Part shown: in pieces, positions 46,362-58,413 of the stretch | Numbering within the stretch: position 1 is the first letter of the stretch | How the letters are laid out: each line of letters begins with the position of its first letter | The notes under the pieces: generated by a model | The model's database searches: none | The model's input: the letters and a program-made list of their open reading frames with translations, nothing else | Told to the model about the DNA's origin: nothing | Position numbers and translations under genes: made by a program | Source: a virus | Lineage: Duplodnaviria > Heunggongvirae > Uroviricota > Caudoviricetes | Strand: one strand, 5' to 3' | Length of the DNA stretch: 64,000 nt | IMG/VR virus record: IMGVR_UViG_3300021399_000096

Positions 46362-47645
46362 TTAATTTTCTGTTTCTGATGTTTCTGGCGTTTCTGTTCC
46401 GGTTTCAATTAAATCTTCAATCTCTTTAATATCATCAAATGAAGATTGATCTGGAAGTGCGAATGCAGGTTTAATTACATTTTCATTTAAATACTCAAGA
46501 TATTCAGGTGTAAATACTTTTTCCGTAAAGAATTCTGTGATTGGAATAGAACATCCTAAGTGTTTAACAATAATTCCACGTGCTGTATCACGGGGACTTG
46601 CCCATAATTTTTCACCATTATATTCAAATGCATAATTTACAAGTTTTTCTTGTTCAGCTGGAGATAATTTATTAAATTCTTTTTCTGTTAATAAATTACC
46701 ACGAACAATTCCTGCATTTTCCCAATTCATAAATGCTTCTAATCCACAAAATGGATTTGGTTTTTTAAAATAGGGAATTTGGAATTTTACTTTATAAGGA
46801 CGGCAGAATCTTGATTTAACTGGCTTGGCTGTTACCAATACCCCATTCTTGGTTGTAGTATCAGCACCTTGTTTTTTAGCTGCCGCTGCATCATTATCTT
46901 TATCTTCTAATTTAGCAACACTTAATTCAAGTGTAACAGATGAATTATATGAGAGACCCGTTCCAGATGCCATTACTTGCCCAGGCACATATGCACCGAT
47001 ATTTGCATAACTATGATTTGTTACCACCATTGGACATTGCATCCTTGCCAATGGAGTAGCAATAACTCTAAACATTGCTTTAACATCTTTTGCCTTTGTT
47101 AAATCAACTTTATTATTACCAGCCATCATATCCTCTTTTTCTTTATCAGATGTTAAATTACCAAGAGAATCAAGAATAAACATTACTTTTTGGTGTGTTC
47201 CATATTGACTATCTTGTTTTTCCAATTCAGCACATACATTAGCAATAAATTTTCCAGTTTCTGAAATAGTTTGAACTTGTTTAATAATAAGTTTTTTAGG
47301 ATCTACACCAAGACGTGATACAAAATTAGAATCATGTGCGCCTTCAGAATCCATAAGAATTACGGTATAACCAAGTTTCTGTGCTTCTCTTGCACATGAA
47401 ATTGCTAAAAAGCTTTTACCTACTGATGTCGGACCATATAATGTCGTTATGCGTCCAGCTGGAACGCCGCCATATATATTTCCACTACAACATGCATTTA
47501 AAATGTAATTACCTGTACTTATCCATTCGGAAATATTACTATAAGCTGATTCTGCTATAATTTCAACAGAATCATCAACATTTTTAACTAAATCAAATAC
47601 ACTGGTTAATCCATCACCACTAATAACTTCTTTCTTTTTTGCCAT
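46362..47645 (-). CDS. uvsX: RecA/UvsX recombinase
   Basis: ISTGNYILN, GPTSVGKS Walker A, MDSEGA, ILDSLGNL, VTNH; no TAG. Confidence 0.9.
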   Translation of the reverse strand: MAKKKEVISGDGLTSVFDLVKNVDDSVEIIAESAYSNISEWISTGNYILNACCSGNIYGGVPAGRITTLYGPTSVGKSFLAISCAREAQKLGYTVILMDSEGAHDSNFVSRLGVDPKKLIIKQVQTISETGKFIANVCAELEKQDSQYGTHQKVMFILDSLGNLTSDKEKEDMMAGNNKVDLTKAKDVKAMFRVIATPLARMQCPMVVTNHSYANIGAYVPGQVMASGTGLSYNSSVTLELSVAKLEDKDNDAAAAKKQGADTTTKNGVLVTAKPVKSRFCRPYKVKFQIPYFKKPNPFCGLEAFMNWENAGIVRGNLLTEKEFNKLSPAEQEKLVNYAFEYNGEKLWASPRDTARGIIVKHLGCSIPITEFFTEKVFTPEYLEYLNENVIKPAFALPDQSSFDDIKEIEDLIETGTETPETSETEN

Positions 47646-47667
47646 AATATATTATTATATTTTTATA

Positions 47668-48927
47668 TTAATTATATTTAATTTCAACATATTTGTTTAT
47701 TATATTAATACATTCATCTATATTATTTGAAAATATTTCTAAATAATTTAAATTATTTTCATTAGCTATATTTCTTTTATTAATATCTCGTTTTGTCCAA
47801 ACACCAATTGCATTATTATAAAATTTACTATTTTTAGATTTCCATAAATTTAATTTATCTATATCTTCCTAATTATTTTCATCAAATGGGTGTCCTCCAT
47901 GTGTCCAACTTCCCTGAATTTCAATATATAAATCTAAACTTTTAATATAAAAATCACAATTAAATGGATATAATTCAGATTTATACTAATATTCAAAATC
48001 ATTTGGAAAATTTTGTTCTAGATATTCTTTAAATTGCTATTCTATTTTAGAAGTATTAAATGTATGATTTCTTTTTCGTGTATTATATTTTTTATTATTA
48101 ATTTCTTTATTATCCTAAATCATATATTTAAATTTATCACTTTGAACATACAATGAACCATATTTATTAAATTGGGTTATAATAGTTTTCTATCTTATAT
48201 CTTTATTTAATAATGGCGAAATTGAACCATATTTTTCTAAATTAGTTTGCTATATTTTTGCTTTAATTATATTTGATTTTGCAGGATTATCTACACCATA
48301 TTTTTCTATTAAAGTATTTTTTATTTTTTCTTTAAATGTTGTTGATGAAAAAATACATGGCGTACCATATGTTTTAATATTATACATTTTTAATTTATTT
48401 GCAATATCTTCATTTTGTATAGGATATTCAACACCATATTTTTCTAAATTTGTCTATTTTATTTTATTAAAATTATTACAATTCCCATATCTATCAATTG
48501 ATGTATTTAAACATTTCTATCTAATTTCTTTATTTTGCCAATTATGTTCAACACCATATTTTTCTAAATTTGTCTATTTTAATTTCTATTTAGTTAATTC
48601 ATTTGAAGTTGCACAACTAGCACAACAAAATTTTGAAAAACCTTGTTTTGGAGATACAAAATTAACAGGATTTCCACACTACAAACAAATTGGTCTAATT
48701 TCAATATTATTTTTAATTCTATATATGGTTTCAGATATAGAATTAGAATCAATATATCTATTAATTAAATATTGTTTAAGTATTAAATGGGAATCTAAAT
48801 ATTTTTTAGTAACTTTATTACCATTAATATCTCCATTTTTATCTAAAATATTCTATAATAATAAAGTATCATTTAAATCTTCAATATTAGAAATATTATC
48901 AAAAAATGTTAATTTTTTCTTTTTCAT
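47668..48927 (-). CDS. Free-standing putative homing endonuclease (CxxC...CxxxC, (E)KYG repeats, C-terminal PD-(D/E)XK/Vsr-like domain), 419 aa
   Basis: Open only with TAG=Gln. RPICL(Q)CGN...KFCCASC, repeated TNLEKYGV, CDFYIKSLDLYIEIQGSWTHG. Absent from the ORF track. Confidence 0.75.
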
Positions 48928-49153
48928 AATTGGGGTGGTTTAATTTTTATAAATAAAAGGCAAATATAATTACTAACTACCACCACGAAGCGTTCATTAT
49001 AAATGCCTTTTAATATTTCTCAAATTTATATAAATTTAATGTGGTGGTAATTTATATATTATATTTATTTAATTTTTTAATTATACATTAAATAATTTCA
49101 TTTGTTTATTTGTTGTCTCTAAATAAATATAAAAAATAATTTCCAATTATATT

Positions 49154-50437
49154 TTGAATAGATTAACAAATAAAATATTAAAATGTATTAGTGAAGCAAT
49201 TTCATTTGCTTTAGATGATTTTGACGAAGATGATACTCAAATACAAAATATAAAAAAGCGTCAAAGAATATCAGATGAATCAACAATAATTCAAAGAGGT
49301 ACAGCAAACATACAACTTACTCAAAACGCATTCATTTATGAATTATTAAAAAGACTTCCAGGAGTAGATAAGAAATTATTTGCTCCATTTGGATTTGTTA
49401 ATTATAAAGTTACCGGTAATTATAGTGATTGGCCTTATTTAGTTTCTACAAATAATTCAATGGCCGAAAGAACTCTTGAAAAATATGAATAGATATTTGA
49501 TAAAGTTTGTTGGACAACTGTTAATGGTTCAAATATTTTTGATGCTTTATTGTGGATTTTAAGTGATAGGTATTTTAAAAATTATCATCGTAGCGGTATT
49601 TATAACTATATGCAAAAACCTCGTGGGGAATCCGCATATAGTTATTTTTATGAAGATAATAAATGGTGGATAGAATCTTTTAAGGGAAAATATAATGAAT
49701 GTCATGATGCATTAATAAAATTAGCAAAAGCACATAAGAATTTAAATGAAGAAGTAGACGTTATTTTTATAAATCAAATTTCATTATCTAATGATGGCGC
49801 ATTTATTGCTATATTTTATCAATGGTTAGATAATAGATAGTACTACAGATATTGTATAGATATATTTTCAACTAATAAATTAGTCGATGATGAAAAAGGA
49901 ATAAATGTAGATGAATATAAAGATGTTAAATCAAATCAAACTAAATTTAAAAATTATTTAACTAAAAATATTATTAAAAGATTTGGAGATTTAGTATTCT
50001 CAAGATTGTTAGTCGCAGATAATATAAATAATCATGCTGCATTTGTATATGAAACTCAAAATAATAGTGAGTTTCCTTGGCAATCTAAAATATATTGGAA
50101 AGCTAAAGAAGCATATGAATTAATTAGAAAATGTATGCCTTCTAATGGTGTAACATATAATCTTGGTACATTTATGTTCTTTTCTATACATCATAATTAT
50201 TATATAGAAGATAACTATCATGGATCTGATAATATATATGAGAATTTAATATATAAAGGCAGAAAGCCTTATGTAGTTGTTTCTAGCCAATCTGGGGAAT
50301 ACTTAGTTGCATTTTATAATAATTATATAAATTATAGAAAATATACTCTTACATATGCGATAATTGACAATAGAGATTATAAATTAATGTCTAAGGAGTT
50401 TCTAAAAGAAATTGAATATAATGAAATAACTTTATAA
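49154..50437 (+). CDS. Divergent leader-A + unknown domain, 427 aa
   Basis: KILKCISEAISFALDDFDEDDTQIQNIKKRQ; three ORF-track pieces joined by TAG; TTG start uncertain. Confidence 0.75.
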
Positions 50438-50440
50438 TTA

Positions 50441-50474
50441 AAAAAGAGATTCAAAATTAATTGAATCTCTTTTT
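50441..50474. terminator. Bidirectional terminator (GAGATTCA stem family)
   Basis: aaaaagagattcaa-aattaa-ttgaatctcttttt between convergent genes. Confidence 0.8.
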
Positions 50475-50492
50475 CTTTTTGATTTTAATTTA

Positions 50493-53400
50493 TTAATTAA
50501 AATCTTTGTATTTCTCATCAAGAGCAGGATCATCATTATTAACTTTATCAGTTAACCGTGTTTCAGGATTAATATCAAATGTTGCTAATCTTGGAACTTG
50601 CATCAATGTACTGTTAACTGCAACTCCTGGAAGATTTGCCAAATATATTGGATCTGGCTCAATTTCATCTGGATCTGCATTATATGTAATACCATTAGAT
50701 GCTAAGATTGTTAACATTCTAAGATTTCCATCTCCATCATTAACTACATTAATTACTTGAGCCTTCATTCCATTTTGTTTAATAATAACCCAGTCTTGTG
50801 GTTCATAAATTACCTCAATATTATTCTTGTCAATAACTGATTCAGATAATTCTTTGGCATCTTCAATATTAACTGATTCTTGTTGAGGTTGCGGAACTAA
50901 TGGATTTGCAATGCCTGCTTCATCAGATAGACGTTCAACTTTCTTTTCAAAATCTCTTCTATCTTTTGTACCATTTAAAATTTCTGCTCTTTGTTGAGAT
51001 AATCTAATATCACCTTTTGTTGTTAAACCAGGTTTTTTAATTTTAACACTTTCATATAAAAGAGTGTCAATTAAATCATAACCATCTTTAATCATTTCAG
51101 AGCTAACACATTGTGGTTGTTCACCTTCTAGTAATTCAAGATCTTTTTCAGAATTCATACCACTTTCAATACATTCAATAACTTCATTTAAATCATTATA
51201 ATTTCCATAATATACTTTATTGTTCATTTCATAAACTGCCAAAGGCTCATTTTGATTTAATAAATCAACAATCCCAAAGTACTTAATATCATTAAATGAT
51301 TTAATTTCTGTTATTTTTGTTGTATTTGAAGCATGCATTTCTGCATATTCATGCAATTTGTCAATAGCAGGTTTTATAGATTTTTCTTTTACAGATGTAG
51401 AAGTCTCATTTACCACCTCTTTTTTAGAAGGTTTGGAGGCTCCTTCATTAATAAAAGACTTTTTATCTGTATTCTTTTTATATTCTGCTTTCAATTTAAT
51501 AAATGCAGCCCTAGCTTCATTCAATGATATTTTATTTTCAACTTTAACTGATTCATTTTGTTGATTTTGTTGAGGTTGCGCTGTAGAAGCATTTTGAACA
51601 GGTTGTGCTTGTCCATTAGCTTGCCCTTGTTGATTTTGTTGAGGTTGCTAGGTGTGTTGTTGTCCATTAGCTTGTCCTTGTTGAGCTTGTTGAGGTTGTG
51701 CTGTAGAAGAATTTTGAATAGGTTGTGCTGTAGAAGAATTTTGAACAGGCTGCACTTGAGCAGGTTGTTGATTTTGTTGAGGAGCATTTTGTGGTGCTGT
51801 CGGAGCTTGCATTTCTTCTGCAAGTTCTTCAGATTCCTCAATATCATTATCTTCGTCATCCTCATCATCATTTTCAACTTTTACATCATCAAAATCAGGA
51901 AAATCTTTTTCATCAGAATCAAATGAATTATTGTCTTTATCTGCAAAAGAATTTTTATCATCTTCTCCAGCAAATGCTTCTTCAGAATCTTCATCGGCAA
52001 ATGGATCTTCTTCATCTTCAAAATCAATATTATCTGCAGGTTTGTCAATTACGGTATCATCAACTTTATATGTTGGAGTAATAACCTCCTCAGAATCAAC
52101 TTCCTCTTCAGGTTCATCTTCAACACCACTAAATAAATCAGATGCTTTAATTGGTTTTGATGGAGCAGCATCAGCTGGAACAACATCTTCAGAATCGACA
52201 TCACCCGATAAATCAGCCGGTGTGTCTTCTTTAGTTGAAAATGTAATATCACCTTCACCATCATCAGTAAAATCAAAATATCCTTCTTCGTCATCTTTTT
52301 GTAATTCATCAGAAGCAGTATTAACATCATCTGCATTATAATAAATTTCGTCGGCAGCTGGTTCAAGTTTTGATGTTTCACCACCATCTTCATTACTTTT
52401 GCCTTCTGCATCTGCTTTAGCAAATTGTACATCAGCTTGAACTGAAGAAACTAATGCATTATAAAGAGCAACTGGAACATCAGCTGCATCAATAATAGGA
52501 AGATGTGTTTCTTCATCAATATAGAAATGATAGTTATTAGATTCAGTATAAACTTTACCAGAACCATCAACCATGTCAACCATTACTGTAATATTACCAG
52601 TTCTGAATAATTCACCAGTTTTAAGATTTTCATCAAATTTAATATTTGCAATCTTATAACCTTCTGGAACAGCAACACCTTCAGTTTCCGTTGGAACACT
52701 AGTGCTTTCAGCATCAATTTGTTCTTCATTTGGTTCACTAGTTACATCAGATTCAGGTTCTTCTGAAGCATTTTCATCACCTTCAAAATCAATAGGTTCT
52801 TCAGGATTAATTTTTTCATCACCTTCAGCCGGTGTTTCTTCATCATTACCAATTTCAGTATCAAATGGATCTTCATCATCAGTATTAACTTGTGGTAATG
52901 GTTCTTCACCGTCTTCTGCTGGAAGTTCTTCGTCTTTCATTGGGTCATCCAATTCATCTGGGTTTGGTTCTTCATTTTCTTTACCGTCACTGGCTAATGC
53001 ATGATGTGCCATATTAACATCGGTTGGATCCATTTCATCACCGGAAACTTCAGAACCGCCTTCAAGATAAGAATCAAATTCATCATCAGATACTGATAAA
53101 TCACCAGCTTCTTGAGAAAGCGGAGTGGATAAATCTGCTTTAGCTGCTTCAACATCTTCAGCATCAATTGGTTCATTGGCCTTTTCTTCTTCAGTATTAT
53201 CATCTTGATTATCTTCGGCCTCAGAATCCTTTTCAGATTTTTCATCTTTATTATTTTCAGGATTAGTTACTTTATCAACATCATCTTGCCAATCTTTATA
53301 TTCTTTCTTAAGTTCGTCAACCTTAGCTTGTGCAGCTTCAATAGCAGCATCAAGTTTCTTTTCTCCGTCTTCTGAAATATCATCTTCTTTAGCTTTCTTA

Positions 53401-55250
53401 AGTTTCTCAATAGTAGCCTCATATTTAGCAATAGACGCTTCATATTCATTTTTGGTTTCATTGAGTTTAAGATACATTTTATCTTGAGATGGAAGAAGAT
53501 CTTCAAATAAGTAAGATACATTAATACCCATATGGTTATTAATTAAATTACGGCATTGGATAGGATTAACATTGTGATAGAAGGTAGAAGTTAACATAGA
53601 TTCATTAACAGCATTAACAAAAATATTTCCGCTTAAATTAAACAAATCAATATTAATTCCTTCATCTTCATTTAATGCAATATGTTTAGCAAAATTAACA
53701 TTAGCGATATTATTAAAGTTTTCTGCCAAACATGAAGTCATAATAAAGAAGTTATTATCAAAATCATATTTAAGTTGCATTTCACCTAAATTACGAACAG
53801 ATTCAATAGATTCTTTATTTCCATTAATGTCAATATAGCTTTCATAAATATTTGCAATTTTATTATTACCAACTAAAGTAATATGATCTTCATTCATAAT
53901 TACCCGTGGATCATTAACTAATTGGCAAAGTGAAATAAATTTCTCAGATAATTGAGGAACATATTCTTCAGAAAGCTTTGCAAGTGTATTACCTTTCTTT
54001 ACATAGAATTGGCCATTGACATTAAATACGCATTCATTCTCTTTAATATATTGAACTGGAGAATAAACATTAGAAACATTAGCGTGCTCTTTAATAAGTC
54101 TAGCACGATCTTTAATAGTCATTGTCTTGTCATTAACTAAGAATGTTGGTGCATTATTAAATATCTCAAGTTCTTCGAGAATTGCATGACAATATGGATC
54201 AGATGCAAAAGATGCTAATGCCGCCTTTAATTGATTGCAGTTAACATCCGTAGGATTCTTAATAAATCTGCAAGTATCTTCCTCAATTAAAGGAATAATA
54301 TGATAAGAACCAGAAGTATACATTTCTTCTAATATCTTAGTAATATTAATAGATGTTTGATGATCTTCTGCAACCTTTTCAAGACGTTTTAATTCTTTAT
54401 CAACAGACTTAAGATAATTAAATGGAGTAATGTTTTTAATAAATCCTTCATAAAGGCGTTCTTCATAAAGTCCTTGATTTAATGCACCTTTATATTGTTC
54501 AAGAGTTTCAACTAATTTTTTATTAGTCTTTGCTTCTGAATTCATAATATTTTTAATAGATTCACCTAAACAAATTCCATTAGCATTAACTACATTATCA
54601 TAAACATTAGCATTGCGTTCTGCTTCTGCCTATGCAACTTTTTCTTGATAAACTTTTTCTGCATATGCATCAATTTCAGCTTTAGCAGCTTCTACGGATT
54701 GACGAAGTTTATCAGCTTCAATTTTGCGTTGAATCTCAGAGAATTTACCCTCATTATCAAATGTAGTAATTTGTTGAGGTTCTAATTGTGCATTAGGATT
54801 AGCGATAACAATAGTCAATTGAGGAGCAACCGGATCACCTGATTGTTCAAGTGCATCACAAGCATCACAAAGAATTGCTTTTGATTTTGCGTCTTGGCAT
54901 TCAAGATAATTGGTATATGCATCTTCACATGCGCATTTAGCTGCATCATCACAAATGCATTCCATTAACTTATAAGTATTAAGCTCCTTTCCATAAGTAG
55001 CAAGATTGGTATTCATTTCATTAATAACATTCTTGACCGCCTTATTTCCAGTAGCAAAATTGGCAAGACCATGACCGAATTCTTCATAAATCATAAATTC
55101 TTTAGCATTGCCTTGTTCCAAAACTTTTTGATATTCACTTAAGAAATGTTGCAAACGTTGATTTTTGCCAGCATTTGACTCAAATAAACTATCAACATAA
55201 GATTGAATTTTAAAGTTGTCTAAAACAGCTTTTGTTTGATTTTTTGCCAT
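50493..55250 (-). CDS. Giant acidic protein, 1585 aa, candidate prohead core/internal head protein
   Basis: ORFs 54630-55250, 51648-54545 and 50493-51524 share one frame joined by two TAG; long D/E-rich tract, Gln-rich repeats and many (L/I/V)xE motifs. Confidence 0.75.
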
Positions 55251-55382
55251 AAATTTTTTATTTTTATTTTTATTTTAAATACTTTAAAGTATTTTATTAT
55301 TTATTATAAAAAAATTAAGCAAAATTATTGAAATTTTGCTTAACTGATTGATTTATAATAAATTATATGAAAATATTATATA

Positions 55383-55801
55383 TTAATTATTTTCTGCTTC
55401 TTCTGCTGCTCTAAATACAAATTCAAATGGAGCATCAATATCTATACCTTCTTCTATATCATCAATATAGACTTCATTCCCTCTATCTATTAAATATGCA
55501 ATAAGAGCATTATGTGAAGGTATATAATTCATATATCTGACTGCATTGTTCTTCATCCCATAAATTATCTAAAATATGATCAGCAATATATTGTATTTTT
55601 GTATTATCACTTTCACTTATTTCTAAAACCTAACACATTTTAACTACTTTCCAAAATGTTTCACTCATTAATGTACTTTCTTGTGTTGTTATTTTATAAT
55701 TAAGTATATCTTTTTGGTTTTCATTTAATACTTTCTTAACTTCTTTAGCAACAGAAGTCATTATGCTTTCATATAAAGCTTTTTTTATTATCTCTTTTCA
55801 T
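55383..55801 (-). pseudogene. Leader-B gene with two apparent +1 frameshifts
   Basis: Seven A instead of six after MKRDN, then LYESIMTSVAKEVKKVLNE in another frame; second shift near 55520. Confidence 0.6.
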
Positions 55802-55841
55802 ATTATTAAATTTTAAATAATTTTTATTTTGTTTAAATCAA

Positions 55842-56264
55842 TTAATAATCATAATCCTTTATATTAAAGCATATAGAGTCACCATATTCATTATATAAGT
55901 CATTAATTGATGAACCACTTAATAATTCATTTGACAAATTAGTAATAGCGTCAAGTACTGCACAACTATGATCTATTTTATGAAAATAATATTCAGGACG
56001 ACTTGGATTTTCCCAATCCAAAAATAACTTTGCTGCACAATCGGCTTCATCAACATCATTAGCATATAATTCTATATTAAATTTATCCTCCGTCTACAAC
56101 CACTTTATTATATCTTTATAATAAATTATTCCATATTGTTCAGCTTCAGCTTCATAATCATCATCTTCTGTATATTCAACATCTTCATTTAATACTTTCT
56201 TGACTTCTTTTGCGACTGAAGTCATAATACTTTCATATAAAGCTTGTTTATTATCTTTTTTCAT
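55842..56264 (-). CDS. Leader-B + acidic unknown domain, 140 aa
   Basis: MKKDNKQALYESIMTSVAKEVKKVLNE...; one TAG. Confidence 0.8.
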
Positions 56265-56286
56265 ATTCTATTAATATATTTTATTT

Positions 56287-56841
56287 TTATTGTCTTACAA
56301 ATTGAATATTTTCATTATTGACTAACCTGTTGTATTTACTGTCAAATTCTAATTTTGAACCATCTACTATAGCAATACCTGTAATTTCTATATCATCATT
56401 TACTATTACATATTCAACTAACATAAAAACCAATTCATCTTTATGATCAACTTGATTTTTAGTTGCATGCATATTAGAAAACATTTTGCCTTTTTGAAAT
56501 GCTTTTATTTCAACCTTTTCACCATCTAATTCAAAATCCCACCAGTTTTCACCACCATCAATATATCTTGGTAATTCTTCTTCACTATGACGCGGAAATG
56601 CATATCTTATTGTGTCTTTTACGCGCTCTTCGACAATATATCCAGCAATTTTTCTTAAAAATGCAGGAGTATGTATTAATCTATCAATATTAATGGATTT
56701 ATTAAATTCACCTAAAAGCATAGTATATATGAAATTATTTATATTATTTTCAATATTAGATTCATTTAATACTTTCTTAACTTCTTTAGCCACCGAAGTC
56801 ATAATACTTTCATATAAAACTTTTTTGTTATCTCTTTTCAT
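56287..56841 (-). CDS. Leader-B + restriction-endonuclease-like PD-(D/E)XK domain, 184 aa
   Basis: GYIVEE...WDFELDGEKVEIKA. Confidence 0.7.
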   Translation of the reverse strand: MKRDNKKVLYESIMTSVAKEVKKVLNESNIENNINNFIYTMLLGEFNKSINIDRLIHTPAFLRKIAGYIVEERVKDTIRYAFPRHSEEELPRYIDGGENWWDFELDGEKVEIKAFQKGKMFSNMHATKNQVDHKDELVFMLVEYVIVNDDIEITGIAIVDGSKLEFDSKYNRLVNNENIQFVRQ

Positions 56842-56879
56842 ATTCTATATATTTTTTTATTTATTCAATATATTTATTT

Positions 56880-58316
56880 TTAGAAAACTTTTACAAATTC
56901 ATCTTCATCCTAAAATGCCGCTATAATATCAGGTCTGTCATGATCTCTAACAAATAATTGAATCTTTCTGGCATCAAATTCTTTAGGATATACAATACAA
57001 TTCATTTCAACAGGATTCTCAGTATCAACTGCTCCATTTAATAAATTAATTTTAATAGGATATTCTTTTATTTTTCCTTCAACTTCAAATGATAATATTG
57101 CATCAATTTTACATCTTTCTGCTTGTCGACTAAATAAGAACTATCCTTTATCTATCACTACGCAAGTATCACCAGTTATTGTATTGTCTGGAGTCAAATA
57201 GAATTTGAATACCGGTTGTCCCAAAATCATCACATCATCGTCTTGAGGAATAATAACATCTATTTCAGGTTCATTGACAAATTCACCGGAAATGCTCATA
57301 TGACAGAAATTATGGTTGTCGATATTATTTAATATTGTATGATATTCTTCGTCTCCGTATTCTTTATATAATATATCAACATGCAATAAATCTGAATAAT
57401 TATAGAAGAAATTCCATTTTAACAATATATCTTCAAGTGCAACAACATTCAATCTGTCTATATGTTCTGCTTCAATATAACCATTTTCATCTATTACTCT
57501 TTCTTTAATGATTTGTTTTTCTCCATATTTGTCTGTTGCTAAACTTGATTTTTCTTGAAGTATTATTCCGCCTTGGAAATTTTTAATATTTCTGTCAGCC
57601 GGCATTTCTGTATATGGATCAAAAACAGGTTGGTATGTTTCACAATTTAAGCTAAAACTTAATTTGACATCAGCACCATCTTTTTGTTGAGCACCCATAG
57701 TATAATTAGCAGTTTTGCTTTCTGTCAATGATTCTGGAAAGCCTATTCTACATGGAACAACAGTTCCTTTATAATTAATATGGAATGTTTTGTTTTTATA
57801 GAAAAATTCTCTATATGCCTATTCTATTTTCCACATTGTATTAACAGTATCACATGCAACATTAATGGTAAAACTCATAGTTAATGGAATAGAATAAAGG
57901 CATGCAACATATGGTTTTAATTCGCCATTAATTCTTTTTTGAAATTGTCCCATAACAAATCTGTTGGAAATATTTCCAGATTCGATATTAGTTGAGTCAA
58001 GAGAAATAATACCATAAGGAATCGGTTTATAATCACCATTCACTTTTTTGATTCCCATTGAAGTGCACTCGTCATCAGTCCAGTTCATATAATTATCTTG
58101 AATAAACTTTTCAGATGTTCCAGCACCACCAGAAAAATCAAAGAAAAATGGAACAGTGATTTCCTAAGTTCCTTCTTCTGTATCTTCCCAAACCTAAGTA
58201 TATTTAAGTTTTTGATTAAGAACTCTAAGAACTCCCATTATAACAAGACGAGAAAAAACATCAGAAGTATTTCTATTCTCATATAGTTGTTTTGCTGTTA
58301 TTTCAGTTTTTGCCAT
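56880..58316 (-). CDS. T4 gp15-like tail terminator/sheath stabiliser with C-terminal extension, 478 aa
   Basis: ITVPFFF...EKFIQD...PIPYG...SIPLTMSFTINV...KIE(Q)...FF...LSFSLNCETY.P; open under code 15. Confidence 0.6.
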
Positions 58317-58413
58317 AGTATTGAAAACTATTTTATTATTTATTATTAAAAAGAAAAGCACCTCCATTTTTAGAAGTGCTTTAAAATAAAAATTATAATA
58401 ATATTTTTAAATC

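Noticed and set aside
46362..48927. Intron or intein association of the endonuclease with uvsX
   Set aside because: uvsX is continuous with all motifs and its own start; the endonuclease is a separate upstream ORF.
51333..54140. Plus-strand Ser/Leu-rich ORFs and alternate-frame ORFs over the acidic protein
   Set aside because: Shadows of low-complexity D/E/Q codons; similar antisense ORFs over nadE, ligA, uvsW and others were also discarded.
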